Below, one piece after another: positions 7,923 through 16,814 of a DNA stretch of 32,160 nt (its first letter is position 1; the number at the start of each line of letters is the position of its first letter). The translations under genes were made by a program, and so were the position numbers. The stretch lies in contig JBHLPJ010000002.1 in the NCBI GenBank assembly GCA_048939565.1, positions 1 through 32,160 of the forward strand, in the 5' to 3' direction. Below the pieces are notes generated by a model that saw only the letters and a program-made list of their open reading frames with translations, had not been told where the DNA came from and made no database searches. This DNA is from Promethearchaeota archaeon. Its GTDB lineage: Archaea; Asgardarchaeota; Odinarchaeia; Odinarchaeales; JBHLKK01.

Positions 7923-8040
7923 TTGTGACATCTTTTTATGATAATCACAATCATATCTTGATTGATATGCGGAATCCTTAAATGCCATTTTGCACAATTA
8001 TTTATCAGGAGCGCAAAAGAATACTGCGGGAGATTGCTAA

Positions 8041-8601
8041 ATGCTACTAAACACTGAGCTGTTCAAGGTAATTGTCACTGGAGAGGGTGGTGTTGGAAAA
8101 ACCTGCCTTGTTCAGCGTTATACTAGCGGTAACTTTTATCACACAAGGACGACCATCGGAGTAGGATTTGCCACAGCTGATGTTAATCTCAATGGAAGAG
8201 ACATAAAACTCCAGATTTGGGACTTCGGTGGTGAAGAACGTTTTAGAAGACTTCTTCCCTCTTTCTGCAAAGGAGCAAGTGGAGCATTAGTTCTATTTGA
8301 CTTGACAAGATTTCCTACTTTTCTTCATCTCAACGAATGGTTGGATCTCATAAGAGATAACACCAACAATATACCGCTGGTCCTCGTGGGATCAAAGGCC
8401 GATCTTACGAACATGAGAGTTGTTGGCAGAGAAGAGATCGCCGACCTGATGAATAAATACAATATCGAACACTATTACGAAGTCTCATCGAAAGATGGAA
8501 TCAACACAGAGGTGGTTTTTACTCGAATTGCTAAACTAATAGTTAACTCATTTGAGACCAGCAACACGAATAATGAACACGGGATAATAAGCATACAATA
8601 G
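8041..8601 (+). CDS. Small GTPase, Rab/Ras-like
   Basis: G1 GEGGVGKT, switch-I region TIGVGF (Rab-type IGVDF), G3 WDFGGEERF, G4 GSKAD, G5 SSK. 186 aa with no C-terminal Cys prenylation motif. Confidence 0.9.
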   Translation: MLLNTELFKVIVTGEGGVGKTCLVQRYTSGNFYHTRTTIGVGFATADVNLNGRDIKLQIWDFGGEERFRRLLPSFCKGASGALVLFDLTRFPTFLHLNEWLDLIRDNTNNIPLVLVGSKADLTNMRVVGREEIADLMNKYNIEHYYEVSSKDGINTEVVFTRIAKLIVNSFETSNTNNEHGIISIQ

Positions 8602-8611
8602 GAGGTATAAG

Positions 8612-9598
8612 TTGTTGAGCGTTACTGATCAAAGCTTCTTGGAGACCAAGCAGCCTGTTATATGTGATATCTGCGGTGAGAAGTTTAATATTAAAATTGA
8701 AAAAGAATATCTTAACGATGTCAAGCGTTTTCCGTTCTCTTACACGTTTGTACATGGAGCACCACCACATGCAGTTGTAGTATATCTTGATAAGGATCTG
8801 AATGTTAGAGGAACTGAGACATCTGATCTGACAAGCATAAAAAGCGGTGAACTAAATACTCCCGCTGTAGATATTACGCCTGATACTCGTCCTATTCTTT
8901 CAAAAAGGGACATCGGAAAGTTGGAAATGGACGGCGATACTGTTTTTATACTTCGAGAGATTGACGGTGAGCTTACAGTTAAGGAAATCGCTGAGAAAAC
9001 CAAAATGGACATAGACAAGGTATGCCAGAAAGTCCAGTATTTAGTTGACTCTGGCGTGCTAATGCCGCTGTTACCTATTGACCTCTGTAATGTGGATTAC
9101 CATCGGATTTACGAGCTCATACCGCCATATAATACAAACAATGTAACCATGACTGCAGGTGCCCAGAGAAGTTCTGCAACCTGCACAATTCTCAGCAACC
9201 TTGACAAGGACTACACTGTTCTGGAAATCGCTCGAGGCCTTGAAAAGGCTGGCTTTGATAAATCTCCCAAAGACGTCCTTGAGACTTTGGAATACTTCGA
9301 GGCTAGGGATGTGGTTCGAGTAAAAGGCCTGACTAAGATTGATATACCTGAGGAATGGAACGATCCTATATTCAATCAAGTACCAAGATTTGCAGACGGT
9401 ATAGAAGAAGAAAGCATACTCAAGAAGGTACCAATTCCAGACAAAACACACTATTTCATTATCAAGAATATTGGAAGAAGGAGTATACTCGATACCACAT
9501 TAGGCTTAATAGGACTTGGCATAGAGACAAATCCTAGAAGGGTACTAGAAATCATAAGGAAGTATCAAAAGCAAGGCTTGGTATATGCCACATTCTAG
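8612..9598 (+). CDS. Hypothetical protein: N-terminal C-x2-C-x26-H-x4-H domain followed by three winged-helix-like repeats
   Basis: TTG start 11 nt after the GTPase stop, preceded by GGAGGT. N-terminal segment CDICGEKF...YTFVHGAPPHAVVVYLDKDLNVRG. Three helix-rich segments of about 55 aa each end in a beta-hairpin-like motif: ...LVDSGVLMPL, ...EARDVVRVKG and ...QKQGLVYATF. No family recognised. Confidence 0.7.
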   Translation: MLSVTDQSFLETKQPVICDICGEKFNIKIEKEYLNDVKRFPFSYTFVHGAPPHAVVVYLDKDLNVRGTETSDLTSIKSGELNTPAVDITPDTRPILSKRDIGKLEMDGDTVFILREIDGELTVKEIAEKTKMDIDKVCQKVQYLVDSGVLMPLLPIDLCNVDYHRIYELIPPYNTNNVTMTAGAQRSSATCTILSNLDKDYTVLEIARGLEKAGFDKSPKDVLETLEYFEARDVVRVKGLTKIDIPEEWNDPIFNQVPRFADGIEEESILKKVPIPDKTHYFIIKNIGRRSILDTTLGLIGLGIETNPRRVLEIIRKYQKQGLVYATF

Positions 9599-9717
9599 GC
9601 ATAAACCATCTCATTCCTTTTTCTACTTTCTTTGTTCAACAATATTTAATAACAAATGGCACCATAGTCTACCCTGTCAAGATTAAACATTATGCCATAA
9701 GAGAGGAGGCAGAAATA

Positions 9718-9990
9718 GTGACTAAGTCCGAGAGTATAAGATCCAGGTGCAAGTTGTGTGACATCATCATTGATATTCCTGTTCCCAAAGATTTCGATGC
9801 CAGCGAAGGTGGCGTTGCACCCATAGTCTATGTACATGGCAATCCTCCTCACACAATAATCGCATATGTGGATGTGAATCTATCGGTCAGAAGCAGTTTC
9901 GTTGTTAGAACCACCGATCCCAAAAAGGCATTAACCGAGCTGAGAAAAAAAGCACTCAAGAGAATGGTAAAACGTGTAAAATCGCTCTGA
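9718..9990 (+). CDS. Hypothetical small protein: stand-alone paralog of the C-x2-C...H-x4-H domain, with a basic C-terminal helix
   Basis: GTG start preceded by GAGGAGG. CKLCDIIIDIP...PIVYVHGNPPHTIIAYVDVNLSVRS aligns residue-for-residue with the N-terminus of the 8612-9598 product. Confidence 0.65.
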   Translation: MTKSESIRSRCKLCDIIIDIPVPKDFDASEGGVAPIVYVHGNPPHTIIAYVDVNLSVRSSFVVRTTDPKKALTELRKKALKRMVKRVKSL

Positions 9991-10045
9991 TTCTGCTGCC
10001 ATCTATACCAAGAGGTCAAAAGAAGTGGAGAAGAAAAAGCAGCTC

Positions 10046-11011
10046 CTACTTCTCGCCGCATCGCTCCATGATTAACTCCCAGTTTTTATCAACATGCGCT
10101 TGAATCTGTTTGATAATATCGTCGCGTCTTTCCGGTCGGAATAGATGTCTGAATCGGCCTTGAATCTTTAGAAACTCTTCAACAGGTCTCTTTTTTTCGG
10201 GCTTTCTAACTATGATTTTGCTCGGTGTAGATAGTTTGTAGACAGCCTTTCCGTTCTCCAAGGCTGCCTCCCACAGCGGGAAGAAACAAGTTTCAACTGC
10301 TACTCTGGCAACTTTTACTGATAAGGCCGGATCATGTCGCCACCCTCTCTGACATGAAGCAAATACGTGCATAAATGCTGGACCTTGCACATCATAAGCA
10401 CTCTGGGCCTTTTGCATCAAATCTCTCCAATAGGCTGGTGATGCAGTAGCAACATAAGGTATTTCATGTTCTACTGCAATCCTTGCAATGGGTTTCTTCC
10501 ACTCAACCTTTCCTGGGATGACCTTTCCTGCGGGGCTTGTTGTTGTCCAAGCATATCGAGACGTACCGCCGCTCCTCTGGATACCAGTATTCATGTATGC
10601 TTCATTATCAAGCAGCACATATACAAAATCATGCCCTCGTTCTAGAGCACCAGAAAGTGCTTGAATTCCAATATCTATTGTACCGCCATCTCCAGCTAAA
10701 GCAAGAACATTGATGTGTCTCTTCATTTTTCCACGTCTTTTAAAACTTTTTAGCGTAGCCTCTATACCGCTTGCTGTGGCAGCTGCATTCTCAAATGCGT
10801 TATGAATCCATGGTATCTTCCAAGAAGTATAAGGATAGATGCTAGTTGAGACTTCGAGACAGCCTGTAGCGCTAACGGCTATAATGGGATCCTTACTGGC
10901 TTTCAGTAGAAGTCTTGTTGCTGTTCCTTCTCCACATCCGGGACACAATCTGTGACCTCCAGAAAGCAATTCATCAGGGGATTTTGCTATATCTTTGGCC
11001 TTCAACGACAT
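10046..11011 (-). CDS. porB: Pyruvate/2-oxoacid:ferredoxin oxidoreductase beta subunit (TPP-binding)
   Basis: LCPGCGE N-terminal Cys motif and the GDGG..DIG TPP-binding motif. The size and position as last gene of the four-subunit operon fit. Substrate specificity (pyruvate versus another 2-oxoacid) cannot be determined by eye. Confidence 0.88.
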   Translation of the reverse strand: MSLKAKDIAKSPDELLSGGHRLCPGCGEGTATRLLLKASKDPIIAVSATGCLEVSTSIYPYTSWKIPWIHNAFENAAATASGIEATLKSFKRRGKMKRHINVLALAGDGGTIDIGIQALSGALERGHDFVYVLLDNEAYMNTGIQRSGGTSRYAWTTTSPAGKVIPGKVEWKKPIARIAVEHEIPYVATASPAYWRDLMQKAQSAYDVQGPAFMHVFASCQRGWRHDPALSVKVARVAVETCFFPLWEAALENGKAVYKLSTPSKIIVRKPEKKRPVEEFLKIQGRFRHLFRPERRDDIIKQIQAHVDKNWELIMERCGEK

Positions 11012-11015
11012 CTTA

Positions 11016-12239
11016 TTATCTCACCCCCAGATACTGGATTCTTTTTTTGACCTTCCCAGTTTTGACAATCTCAAGTCCATCTTTGAAGGTCTTTCTAATG
11101 AGTTCTTGGGGCACATCACGACCACCTAAGCCGTATATGTAATTAACAATAATCGGCCTCTCTTCTTTTTCATAAAACAGTGATCTCAACTCGTTAAATA
11201 CTGGACCTCCATATCCTCCTGGAACGGAGCTTCTATCAAGAACTGCTACAACCTTGATGCCTTCCAGTGCTTCGGATAATTTCTCATATGGGAATGGTCT
11301 AAATACTCTAAGCTTCAGCGATCCGACTTTTGCTCCTTCATCTTTCATAGTCTTGGCCACGTATCTAGTTGTACCTGCTGTGGAACCTAGACTTAAGATC
11401 GCCACATCGGCATCTTCTAGTCCTTGCTGTTCAATGATACCATAGGTCCGCCCCGAGATTTCGCCATACTCCTTGTCAATCTTCTCGATAGCTCCTTCGA
11501 CGTTGTTCATTGCCAAGATTTGTTGCATCTTAATTTCGAAATAGTAATCTGTCAATGCTAGATCACCAAAACTCAGCGGATTCTCCGGGTCTAGTACATA
11601 TGGAGCTTCTTTGCTCCCGACATCTACCTTGGGGATTCTTCTCTCTCCAATGAAATCTTTTACTGCCTCATCCGGAAGCACGGTTACGTTTTCTAATGTG
11701 TGGCTTAATACAAAGCCATCTAGCGTATCCATAACTGGCAGTTGAACCTCAGGATGTTCAGCTATCCTCCATGCTTGGATTGTTGTATCATAGGCTTCTT
11801 GGCTGTTCTCACAATAGATTTGTATCCAACCGCTGTCTCTTGCCCCCATTGTATCTGAGTGGTCGCAATGAATATTAATGGGTGCTGAAAGCGCACGATT
11901 GACGACGGTCATGACTATCGGCAGACGTAATCCCGCAGCTATGTAGAGAATCTCCCACATTAATGCTAGACCTTGGCTAGCAGTTGCGGTGTATGCCCTT
12001 CCTCCGACAGCAGCTGCTCCCACACACGCCGACAAAGCCGAGTGTTCAGATTCTACAGCCACAAACTCAGTGTTAACTTCTCCGTCTGCGACATATTCCG
12101 AGAATCTCTCAACAATTATCGTTTGGGGTGTTATGGGATAAGCTGCCACAACATCTGGATCACATTGTTTTGCCGCAAAAGCTGCAGCCTCGTCGCCATT
12201 TAGAGCCAATATCTTTTGCTTAACGGCCATTTTCATCAC
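11016..12239 (-). CDS. porA: Pyruvate/2-oxoacid:ferredoxin oxidoreductase alpha subunit
   Basis: LNGDEAAAFAAKQCDPDVVAAYPITPQT and the overall ~400 aa layout are typical of PorA. Start ambiguous (GTG 12239, ATG 12236 or ATG 12230); it overlaps the porD stop. Confidence 0.9.
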   Translation of the reverse strand: MMKMAVKQKILALNGDEAAAFAAKQCDPDVVAAYPITPQTIIVERFSEYVADGEVNTEFVAVESEHSALSACVGAAAVGGRAYTATASQGLALMWEILYIAAGLRLPIVMTVVNRALSAPINIHCDHSDTMGARDSGWIQIYCENSQEAYDTTIQAWRIAEHPEVQLPVMDTLDGFVLSHTLENVTVLPDEAVKDFIGERRIPKVDVGSKEAPYVLDPENPLSFGDLALTDYYFEIKMQQILAMNNVEGAIEKIDKEYGEISGRTYGIIEQQGLEDADVAILSLGSTAGTTRYVAKTMKDEGAKVGSLKLRVFRPFPYEKLSEALEGIKVVAVLDRSSVPGGYGGPVFNELRSLFYEKEERPIIVNYIYGLGGRDVPQELIRKTFKDGLEIVKTGKVKKRIQYLGVR

Positions 12240-12523
12240 TCCTTAATCATAGTTATTGCTTCAACCGGGCATTCTTCAGCACAAATACCACACCCTTTGC
12301 AGAAATCATAGTCAAAAGAAATCTTTTCTCCATCCCACTTCACTGCAGCATCTGGACAGTAAAGCCAACATAACATACATGTCGTACATTTTTCATGGTC
12401 TATTGTTGGTTTGAATGTACGCCAAGCGCCTGTATGGTACTCTTCACTAGATTTCCAGGCAACTCCACCCATGGGTATTTCTTTCCAGCCCTTCTTCTCA
12501 GTCACTTTCTTTTGCCTCCTCAT
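12236..12523 (-). CDS. porD: Pyruvate/2-oxoacid:ferredoxin oxidoreductase delta subunit (2x[4Fe-4S])
   Basis: CTTCMLCWLYCPD and CKGCGICAEECP ferredoxin motifs. The start is possibly GTG 12505, preceded by AGGAGG, rather than ATG 12523. Confidence 0.85.
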   Translation of the reverse strand: MRRQKKVTEKKGWKEIPMGGVAWKSSEEYHTGAWRTFKPTIDHEKCTTCMLCWLYCPDAAVKWDGEKISFDYDFCKGCGICAEECPVEAITMIKE

Positions 12524-13073
12524 ACGCTCTCGTAATCAATTGAACATTCATTTCTCCGACCTTTCCTCTAAATCGTTCTTCGGTCGCTTCCAATACGCTT
12601 TCTAGTTTTGTATACCCTGTTGCCTTTACCAGGGCACCAATCATGGCCGTACTGGTTATTTCCCGTCCTAAAATCTCTACGGAGAGATCAGTGGCCGGTA
12701 TTACCCAGACTCTTTGTGATTTGGTCAAGTTGATTCTCTTCTTTAGATCAGAGGGAGAATCTCGCGAATTTATGGCTATTATGCCATTTTGAACCAATCC
12801 GTCCGAAACATCTACCGCATCAAGCAGCGTGGGATCTAAGACGACGACGCTGTCTGGCTCATAAATGCCGCAATGCAAATCTATGGGGCTGTCCGAAATA
12901 CGAACATATGCCTCCACGGGAGCTCCGCTTCGTTCAGGTCCAAATGCTGGAAAAGACTGAGTATATCGACCCTCGTGGATTACTGCCTTTGCCAGTATCT
13001 GTGTGGCGGTCCAAGCACCTTGACCTCCTCTGCCGTGAAATCTTATCTCTATAATCTTGTCTGCAGACACCAT
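12498..13073 (-). CDS. porG: Pyruvate/2-oxoacid:ferredoxin oxidoreductase gamma subunit
   Basis: IRFHGRGGQGAWTATQILA...FGPERSGAP is the PorG signature. First gene of the minus-strand porGDAB array. Confidence 0.9.
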   Translation of the reverse strand: MVSADKIIEIRFHGRGGQGAWTATQILAKAVIHEGRYTQSFPAFGPERSGAPVEAYVRISDSPIDLHCGIYEPDSVVVLDPTLLDAVDVSDGLVQNGIIAINSRDSPSDLKKRINLTKSQRVWVIPATDLSVEILGREITSTAMIGALVKATGYTKLESVLEATEERFRGKVGEMNVQLITRAYEEAKESD

Positions 13074-13184
13074 ATCGCCTCCATATCATTAGATTAATCA
13101 TACACCGTGAAATTAGAAGATAGATATAACAGTTATGCCCAAAAAAGGCATGAAAATTGCCAAATCGTTGTAGCATATAGGGTC

Positions 13185-14057
13185 TCATATGCCATCTTTT
13201 GACAGGACACCCTCTATAAGCTCCAAACTAAAGCTAAGAGCTTTAACTGAATGGGTTAAGCTTCCCATCGATATCACATCAACACCTGTTGCAGCATACT
13301 CGTCGACGTTTTCGAATGTAATCCCTCCCGATGCTTCAATAGTGACCTTTTCCCTCAATCCTTGATTCTTTAGTTCATACATGGTTTGTCTAATCTGATC
13401 CGGCTTCATGTTATCTAACATAATTATGTCTGCCTTAGCTTTAGCAGCCTTCAAACAATCTTCGGTATTCTCGACCTCAATCTCTACTTTCTTGGAGAAG
13501 CTAGCCTTGCCTCGAGCGACTCCTATCGCAGTTTCGACATCTCCAACGAGAGCAAGATGGTTATCTTTAATCAATATGCAATCATCTAGCCTGAATCTAT
13601 GCGTGTCTCCACCTCCAATCTCTGCGGCCCGTTTATCAAAGTATCTGAGAAGAGGGGCTGTCTTTCTGGTTACGGCAATCCGAATCCCCGGGTTCATCTT
13701 CCTTGCTTTTTCGATGGTTCTGCTAATTGCAGTAGCTATTCCGCTCATTCGCATAAGGAAATTGAGGGCGGTCCGCTCACAGGTAAGTATGGCTTTCGCG
13801 GATCCTTCAATAATCATAACGGTTGTTCCCTTTTTTTCAACCTTATCGCCATCATTCATTTTGGGAGTGACTTCTAATCCCATCTGCTCAAAAATGGTTT
13901 TTGCCTCTCTAATTCCGGCCACAACACCGATCTCTTCAGCTACTATTCTGGCTTTACTCCGCTGATCTCCAATCAGAATTTCTGTTGTTATGTCGCCAAA
14001 CCCTACATCCTCATTTAGAGCGTGAATAACTCTCTCCTCAAGATCGAAAGCCTTCAA
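13185..14057 (-). CDS. nadC: Nicotinate-nucleotide pyrophosphorylase (quinolinate phosphoribosyltransferase)
   Basis: ALNEDVGFGDITT, ERTALNFL..MSGIAT, TRKT.P, KDNH and MLDN motifs. Confidence 0.9.
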   Translation of the reverse strand: MKAFDLEERVIHALNEDVGFGDITTEILIGDQRSKARIVAEEIGVVAGIREAKTIFEQMGLEVTPKMNDGDKVEKKGTTVMIIEGSAKAILTCERTALNFLMRMSGIATAISRTIEKARKMNPGIRIAVTRKTAPLLRYFDKRAAEIGGGDTHRFRLDDCILIKDNHLALVGDVETAIGVARGKASFSKKVEIEVENTEDCLKAAKAKADIIMLDNMKPDQIRQTMYELKNQGLREKVTIEASGGITFENVDEYAATGVDVISMGSLTHSVKALSFSLELIEGVLSKDGI

Positions 14058-14990
14058 TCACGACAACTCCAACATACGTTCTATGGCCATTCTTGCCTTA
14101 ACTGCAATCTTATCAGGAACTTTGACTACGGGGGATTTATTCTTCAATGCAAGAAAAACCTTCTCCAATGTGATATGTTTCATTTGCCTGCATACAGCTT
14201 CTTCATTGGCACAGATAAAGGTCTTGCCAGGTATTTCACGTCTCATTCTTTCAATCAATCCAATCTCAGTAGCAACTATGAATTCCTTAGAAACCGATTC
14301 TTGAGCATGTTTGTACATTTGACCAGTACTACCAACGAAATCTGCTGCTTTTTGGATCTCCGGGTCACATTCGGGGTGAACCATAAACTCTGCCTGTGGA
14401 TATTGCTCCTTCTTCATAACGGATTCCCCGCCAAACATCATATGGACGTAACAGTACCCGTCTCTGGGAATAGGTATTATCTCCTTCTCTGAGACTTTGC
14501 TTTGAACATACCAAGCCAAATTCTTATCGGGTCCAAAGAGAATCTTATCTGAATCGAGCTTTCTCACAACATCTACCGCGTTGGCTGACGTACACATGAT
14601 ATCCGCTTCAGCCTTCGCTTCTGCCAGTGTGTTAACGTAAAGAACAACAACAGCATCCGGATGTTGTTTCTTTGCTTCAACTACCTTCTCTGCAGTAAGC
14701 ATAGCAGCCATAGGACACCTCGCCTCTATTGCTGGCAAAATCACTCTTTTGCTTGGGTTAAGAATTGAAGCAGTCTCAGCCATGAAATCGACTCCGCAAA
14801 AGACAATGTAATTTGCATCTTCGACTTCGGTGGCCTTGATTGAAAGCTGAAGGGAATCCCCCATGAAATCTGCTATCTCCTGTATCTCAGTTACCTGATA
14901 GTTGTGGACCAGCATTACGGCATTATCTCTTTTTCTTAGTTCCAGTGTATTCCTCTGTAACTTATTTAGCGGGAACATGGTGATCGCCAA
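14058..14990 (-). CDS. nadA: Quinolinate synthase
   Basis: VHNYQ...IQEIADF.GDSL, FCGVDFMAETA and a conserved Cys pattern. Directly abuts nadC. Confidence 0.9.
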   Translation of the reverse strand: MAITMFPLNKLQRNTLELRKRDNAVMLVHNYQVTEIQEIADFMGDSLQLSIKATEVEDANYIVFCGVDFMAETASILNPSKRVILPAIEARCPMAAMLTAEKVVEAKKQHPDAVVVLYVNTLAEAKAEADIMCTSANAVDVVRKLDSDKILFGPDKNLAWYVQSKVSEKEIIPIPRDGYCYVHMMFGGESVMKKEQYPQAEFMVHPECDPEIQKAADFVGSTGQMYKHAQESVSKEFIVATEIGLIERMRREIPGKTFICANEEAVCRQMKHITLEKVFLALKNKSPVVKVPDKIAVKARMAIERMLELS

Positions 14991-14993
14991 TAA

Positions 14994-15839
14994 TCAAGTT
15001 CCAATCTGTACGTGTTCACCAATTTTTCTTAATGTCCTTACAACTGAGAGTGCTGCAAGATAGCTTGTCTTGGGATTGTATGAAGAAGGTACGTTCTCTA
15101 CATGGGTCTTTATGGTACCAAAGTCCCCTTTTGCGGTAATCTCATGCACGTTTTTATGTACCGTTGGATCTGCGACTATTCTGACCCTCGTTCTTTTGGC
15201 CCCAATCCCTGCCAAGCTCAAAACCGCAGCAACATTAATGTTCTTTGGAAACGTTCTTGCGGCCTCTTCTGCATTCCCCTCATAAACTACGGTTGGCCTT
15301 TTGATTGAGTCCAGATTAATCTCATGTCGAACGATATAGGGTGCTCCTTTGAGCGCATCAGGATGCTTTCGTGTTGTCAACGTCACTTCGGTAAGATTAG
15401 CAGTCGAAGAAGACTTAACTCCATCCAAACCAGCTAATGCTCCAGACGGGAGATAGACCATCCTATCATTTCTCTCTGCGGTTTTTTCGATCTCTTCAAG
15501 TAACTTTCTATCTACTAGAGCTCCTATGCTTAGTATTAAAAGGTCCTTGCCTGAGTTAAGAATTTTGATTGCATGTTTTCTAACAACTTCCTGAGACGCT
15601 GCTTCTATGATCAGATTAATCCGGTCGCTTTCGATAAGTTCCTCTGGTCTTTCAGCTACTTTGGGTTTTTTGGCCATTCTCTGAATACACTTCTCAGCGT
15701 TCTCCTTCAGTAGATCATAAACCATCACTAGTTCTGTATCCCCTGCTCTGCCGTCTTTGATTGCATCAGAAATGATATTCCCGATTGCCCCACACCCAAT
15801 CAATCCCACTTTGAGTTTCGCCATCTCTTCCGCCAGCAA
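14994..15839 (-). CDS. nadX: L-aspartate dehydrogenase
   Basis: Rossmann motif VGLIGCGAIG. The C-terminal PSGALAGLDG...FPKNINVAA...IVADP....N.H.I...G.FG......EN.PS..NPKTS matches my memory of Thermotoga TM1643. The likely true start is ATG 15824. Confidence 0.88.
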   Translation of the reverse strand: MLAEEMAKLKVGLIGCGAIGNIISDAIKDGRAGDTELVMVYDLLKENAEKCIQRMAKKPKVAERPEELIESDRINLIIEAASQEVVRKHAIKILNSGKDLLILSIGALVDRKLLEEIEKTAERNDRMVYLPSGALAGLDGVKSSSTANLTEVTLTTRKHPDALKGAPYIVRHEINLDSIKRPTVVYEGNAEEAARTFPKNINVAAVLSLAGIGAKRTRVRIVADPTVHKNVHEITAKGDFGTIKTHVENVPSSYNPKTSYLAALSVVRTLRKIGEHVQIGT

Positions 15840-15968
15840 ACTATTTCCTAGAATTGAAAAATAATGATTATGATTTATAAATTAACCGATTGAAAAATTA
15901 AGAAAAGATAAAGCCCCCTTAGATACCGATTTCTAGACCTTCATCTCAAGTAACGGATTGATTTCCCA

Positions 15969-16814
15969 TTATTCTAAGATTATCCTCTCCAAGAGTTCCA
16001 AAAGACTATTTCGTTGAGCTTTCTCTATTGCTACCAAGCCGTAGGTCTTGATACCGAGTACCTCTTCAATTTCTTCAGGAGGGAGCGCGTTCCCGCGATC
16101 CTGTTTGTTCGCAACTCCTATGATTTTTGCATATGGAGCCTTGCTCTTAACCAGCGGGAGGATTTTTTCTTTTGTCAACTTAATATTATCCAGTGTAGAG
16201 TCACAGACTATGGCAATGACTTCTGTTCCTTTAACAAGTATGTCCCAGGCAGCCATGAACTGCTCCTGACCTGCAAAGTCAAATATCATGACATAGTAGA
16301 CTCCTACAGTAACTGTAAGCGGTTCTCTATCGGCGAAGATTGTGGGAACATATTTCATTGGAATTTCTTCTTTTCTCAAGAGGCGAAGTATGGTCGTCTT
16401 CCCGACGCCGCCAAATCCAACCAAAGATAGCTTCACCGGAAGCTTGCTTATGATATCAATCACTTCGTTGTTAAATCCATCGCTTAGCTGGGAGCCGTTC
16501 TCAATCTGATTCTCGACCCCAAACTTCTTAATAAATGAGGTTGTTATTTGCAGCAAAATATCCTGAACTTCTCGTTCTGAATTTGTTCTATCGCTTAGTA
16601 CAGCGAATATGTTGTCGTTTGACTTGAGATAGGAGAAACGAAAACGAACAATGTTTGTGTGTTCGATATTGCCCATTTCCATTCTCTCGGAGGCACCCAA
16701 AATTGTAGGCAGTATTGCGTCCACTGAGATCTCTTTCGATCTTGTGAATGATTTGTGGAAAACCTTACCTCCGACTTTATCTAGTATTAGTACCTCTCGT
16801 ATCAATTGCATCAC
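15969..16814 (-). CDS. Two-domain protein: N-terminal longin/roadblock-like alpha-beta domain fused to an Arf/SR-beta-like small GTPase domain
   Basis: The C-terminal half carries G1 GFGGVGKTT, switch-I T (VPTIF), G3 DFAGQEQF and G4 NKQD (Arf/Sar/SR-beta-type). The N-terminal ~125 aa reads as beta-beta-alpha-beta-beta-alpha (IREVLILDKVGGKVFHKSF ... FRFSYLKSNDNIFAVLSD ... VQDILLQITTSFIKKFG), resembling sigma-adaptin/longin domains. Confidence 0.8.
   Translation of the reverse strand: MMQLIREVLILDKVGGKVFHKSFTRSKEISVDAILPTILGASERMEMGNIEHTNIVRFRFSYLKSNDNIFAVLSDRTNSEREVQDILLQITTSFIKKFGVENQIENGSQLSDGFNNEVIDIISKLPVKLSLVGFGGVGKTTILRLLRKEEIPMKYVPTIFADREPLTVTVGVYYVMIFDFAGQEQFMAAWDILVKGTEVIAIVCDSTLDNIKLTKEKILPLVKSKAPYAKIIGVANKQDRGNALPPEEIEEVLGIKTYGLVAIEKAQRNSLLELLERIILE

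Noticed and set aside
9991-10050. An imperfect hairpin (AGAAGTGGAG ... CTCCTACTTCT) between the convergent 9718-9990 gene and porB.
   Set aside because: The stem has a bulge, partly overlaps the porB stop, and lacks a clear T-tract. It is a plausible bidirectional terminator but weak.
12498-12523. A 26-nt overlap between porG and porD, considered as a possible frameshift or fusion.
   Set aside because: It is explained more simply by a downstream GTG start for porD at 12505, preceded by AGGAGG. Short overlaps are normal in this operon type.
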